Shown: piece after piece, positions 61,774 to 64,000 of the stretch
Layout of the letters: the number at the start of each line of letters is the position of its first letter
Position numbering within the stretch: position 1 is the stretch's first letter
Source of the DNA: an uncultured Spirochaetota bacterium
Lineage (GTDB): Bacteria; Spirochaetota; Brevinematia; Brevinematales; JAOACQ01
Length of the DNA: 64,000 nt
Assembly (NCBI GenBank): GCA_963768055.1
Contig: CAVYGN010000001.1
Coordinates: 256,001 to 320,000, forward strand
Reading direction: 5' to 3'
Notes under the pieces: generated by a model
What the model was told of the DNA's origin: nothing
The model's input: only the letters and a program-made list of their open reading frames with translations
Databases searched by the model: none
Position numbers and translations under genes: made by a program

Positions 61774-62292
61774 TTATTTAGTACAGGTCTTATCCAGGAA
61801 ATTGTTGAGCGAATCGGCAAGGTCCTGCAGTTCGTCACGTTTTCTCAAACGGAAGCGCAGGGTGCATAGATCTATCTTGCCTGTCGAGGCTTCTTCGAGA
61901 GTCCTCTTTATCCTGTATACAGGGCCGGCCATCTTGTGTGAAATGAACAGGCCGAAAACTATGATTATTACGACGTATATGGCGCTCATCCCTACAAGCG
62001 GTTTCCAGTACAGCTCGAATAGATTCAACTGTTTGCCCATGTCAAAATACTTGTTGAGGACTTCCGCGTCCCTGGTCTTATCCGCTGTCGATTCCGTGTC
62101 GATCTGTTTTAATTTATCGGGGTTCATCGTATACTGGACATACAGGCCTTTATTATATCTGTAATAATTGACTACTCCCAGGGCGACAAGAAAGATGCCA
62201 AGGCTGATAATGATAAGAACAGAAAACCTATAAATAAACCTTATCTGGAAAGGCTTGTCGATAAAATATCGCCACCTGAACTTCTTATTCAC
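61774..62292 (-). CDS. Small two-TM HAMP-like protein
   Basis: R..YFIDKPFQ, TM, SHKMAGPVYR, LRKRDELQDLA..LN. Confidence 0.7.
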   Translation of the reverse strand: MNKKFRWRYFIDKPFQIRFIYRFSVLIIISLGIFLVALGVVNYYRYNKGLYVQYTMNPDKLKQIDTESTADKTRDAEVLNKYFDMGKQLNLFELYWKPLVGMSAIYVVIIIVFGLFISHKMAGPVYRIKRTLEEASTGKIDLCTLRFRLRKRDELQDLADSLNNFLDKTCTK

Positions 62293-62469
62293 AGTAGCCT
62301 CCTTATAATTTTACTTATCATTTATGATCGGCATCGGCATTGCAATAGTTTAAAAAAAGGGACTTCCTGCGATAAGCGATTAAAATTTTATGCTGACACA
62401 TATGTTCACCTTTTTGAAATATCGGAAGTATATTATATAGTGTCATAAAGTTAAGTCCGGAGGGCAGAT

Positions 62470-63399
62470 TTGAGCATATATTCCTTACTCTCGACCGTTG
62501 CGTTTACAATCTATATCGAATTGTCCCTGTTCGTACTCTTCAGAAGCCCTAAATCTCGTCTAAACCTTTTAGCAGTAGGCTCTTTTACCTTGCTTGCCGT
62601 TTTTTCATTATTCCAAATATTTAGATATTCCGCCGCGGACATGGAAGCCGCGCTTTATTGCCACAGGTTCAGTATAATTTTTTTATATTTGACGGTACCG
62701 GTATTGGTTCATTACCTGATGCTGCTGACCCATGTAAAAAGGTCCACATTCCGGATACCATTAGTAATGGCATTGTATCTGCCATGGATTTTATTATGCC
62801 TTAAAAACATTTTCATAGGAGGAATAGTTAAAGGCTTCGAAAAAATTGACGGGACCTGGTTCGAGATCATTAAACCTCTCAATTTCTGGGATATTGCTTA
62901 CCTATCGTTATATTGTTTGTATTTCCTCGGTTCAATATTGTTGTTGATAAAATTGAAGATAGAGGCGAAAATTTTAAAAGAAAAAAAGATGGCCAGGACA
63001 ATGCTGACAGGTTTTATATTAAGTTTCAGCCTTGTTACGCTGATTCAATTTATCCAGCCGTTTATTTTCAAAAGGGTGCTGATACCGGGGATGCCGCATA
63101 TTTCTTTCCTGTTTTTCAGCGTATCGATCTGGTATTCCATCGTCAGGTACGGATTTATGGGAAAGACCCCCGCTTTTATCGAATCCAACCCGCTTTACCG
63201 GAAATTGTCCCAGCGGGAGAGAATGATATTGGCTCCGCTTTGCGAGGGCCTGACGTACAGGGAAATCGGCAGGATCCTTAATATATCGGAGGGCACTATA
63301 AAAAAGCATGTTGAAAACATTTACAGGAAAACCGGGATTAAAAGGAAAGTCGAACTTATAAGCGAGATGTACAGCAGGGAGCCGCGGGCATTTAAATAA
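62470..63399 (+). CDS. 7TM sensor fused to a LuxR-type HTH regulator
   Basis: About seven TMs ending SIVRYG; LSQRE..I...GLTYREIG..LNISEGTIKKHVENIYRK. Confidence 0.85.
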   Translation: MSIYSLLSTVAFTIYIELSLFVLFRSPKSRLNLLAVGSFTLLAVFSLFQIFRYSAADMEAALYCHRFSIIFLYLTVPVLVHYLMLLTHVKRSTFRIPLVMALYLPWILLCLKNIFIGGIVKGFEKIDGTWFEIIKPLNFWDIAYLSLYCLYFLGSILLLIKLKIEAKILKEKKMARTMLTGFILSFSLVTLIQFIQPFIFKRVLIPGMPHISFLFFSVSIWYSIVRYGFMGKTPAFIESNPLYRKLSQRERMILAPLCEGLTYREIGRILNISEGTIKKHVENIYRKTGIKRKVELISEMYSREPRAFK

Positions 63400-63437
63400 A
63401 GTCCTTCCCTTTCCGATAAGTATAGGAAGGGGATGGA

Positions 63438-64000
63438 ATGCAAAAAAAAATTTTAGCCCTTTTCATGCTTTTGATCGCGGCAGGCTGTGCGCAGGGGCCT
63501 AAAAACACGGTAATGACTCATGAATTCGGGCCGTATTTCCTTCCTGCGAATGAATGCCTCAATGCAATTTCGATCAATTATTTCACCGAACGGGAGCTGC
63601 CGACTTCAGTTTTCTTCTCCATGGTGGGCGATATAGACTGGCTTCGCTGCGATTCCAGGCTTGCCTCGTACCACCGAATGGTCTTCAGCGGCCTTGAGGA
63701 GAGCGCCGTTTACCAGTTCAGGGTCAACAGCCTGTCGGCCTCATTCTCGGAAAGGTCATATATAAAAACGCCTCCATACGGTAGTAATTACAAGTTCGAT
63801 TTTGCCGTTGTAAGCATAAATTCGCCCCTCGAGCTTGACAAAAGCCCGTATTTCCTTATCCTTTTATCCAAAAAGCCCTCGGTAGGGGAAGATGAATTCT
63901 CACAATATTATTCAAAAAATAAAAAAATATTATCTTCCACTATCCTGGTCCCGTTATTCGATATAAATATCGGGGGTGAAACGTATTCCCTTTCCAGGGG
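63438..64000 (+). CDS. Lipoprotein with purple-acid-phosphatase-like FN3 N-domain (3' truncated)
   Basis: Own translation: MQKKILALFMLLIAAGC lipobox; GPY, H...FSGL.....YQFRV, KTPP; open to the window end. Confidence 0.6.
   Translation, partial: MQKKILALFMLLIAAGCAQGPKNTVMTHEFGPYFLPANECLNAISINYFTERELPTSVFFSMVGDIDWLRCDSRLASYHRMVFSGLEESAVYQFRVNSLSASFSERSYIKTPPYGSNYKFDFAVVSINSPLELDKSPYFLILLSKKPSVGEDEFSQYYSKNKKILSSTILVPLFDINIGGETYSLSR

Overview
Bacterial chromosomal window of moderate GC with several AT-rich patches. The gene styles suggest a spirochaete-like anaerobe, which is inference only. Contents in order: amt(3' end)-glnK-prfA, a sugar-binding/GGDEF cyclase, miaA with a degenerate ManC-like partner, a likely unannotated 6S RNA, murD, three GT-C membrane glycosyltransferases, and a TrwB/TraD-like ATPase gene split by a ~5.5 kb insert (PLD nuclease, DUF3644/HEPN, complete IS21). 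Then come a repeat cluster, a Wsp-like chemosensory operon with HD-GYP and kinase outputs, an EAL protein and typA. Next are an AT-rich three-gene operon, a GtrB/GtrA + GDP-heptose + transaldolase cluster, an ICL/PEP-mutase gene and a split archaeal-type glutamate synthase cluster lacking the amidotransferase subunit. The best candidate for an undescribed system is the operon at 44368-47421. It encodes an acetate kinase whose loops (CHLGTGGSS, FTDDIG) resemble the PPi-dependent Entamoeba histolytica enzyme, as I recall that sequence. It also encodes an acetate-kinase paralog and a FolE2 homolog, each lacking most or all catalytic motifs. No CRISPR array, rRNA or intact tRNA was seen. All family calls come from motif recognition; no database searches were run.
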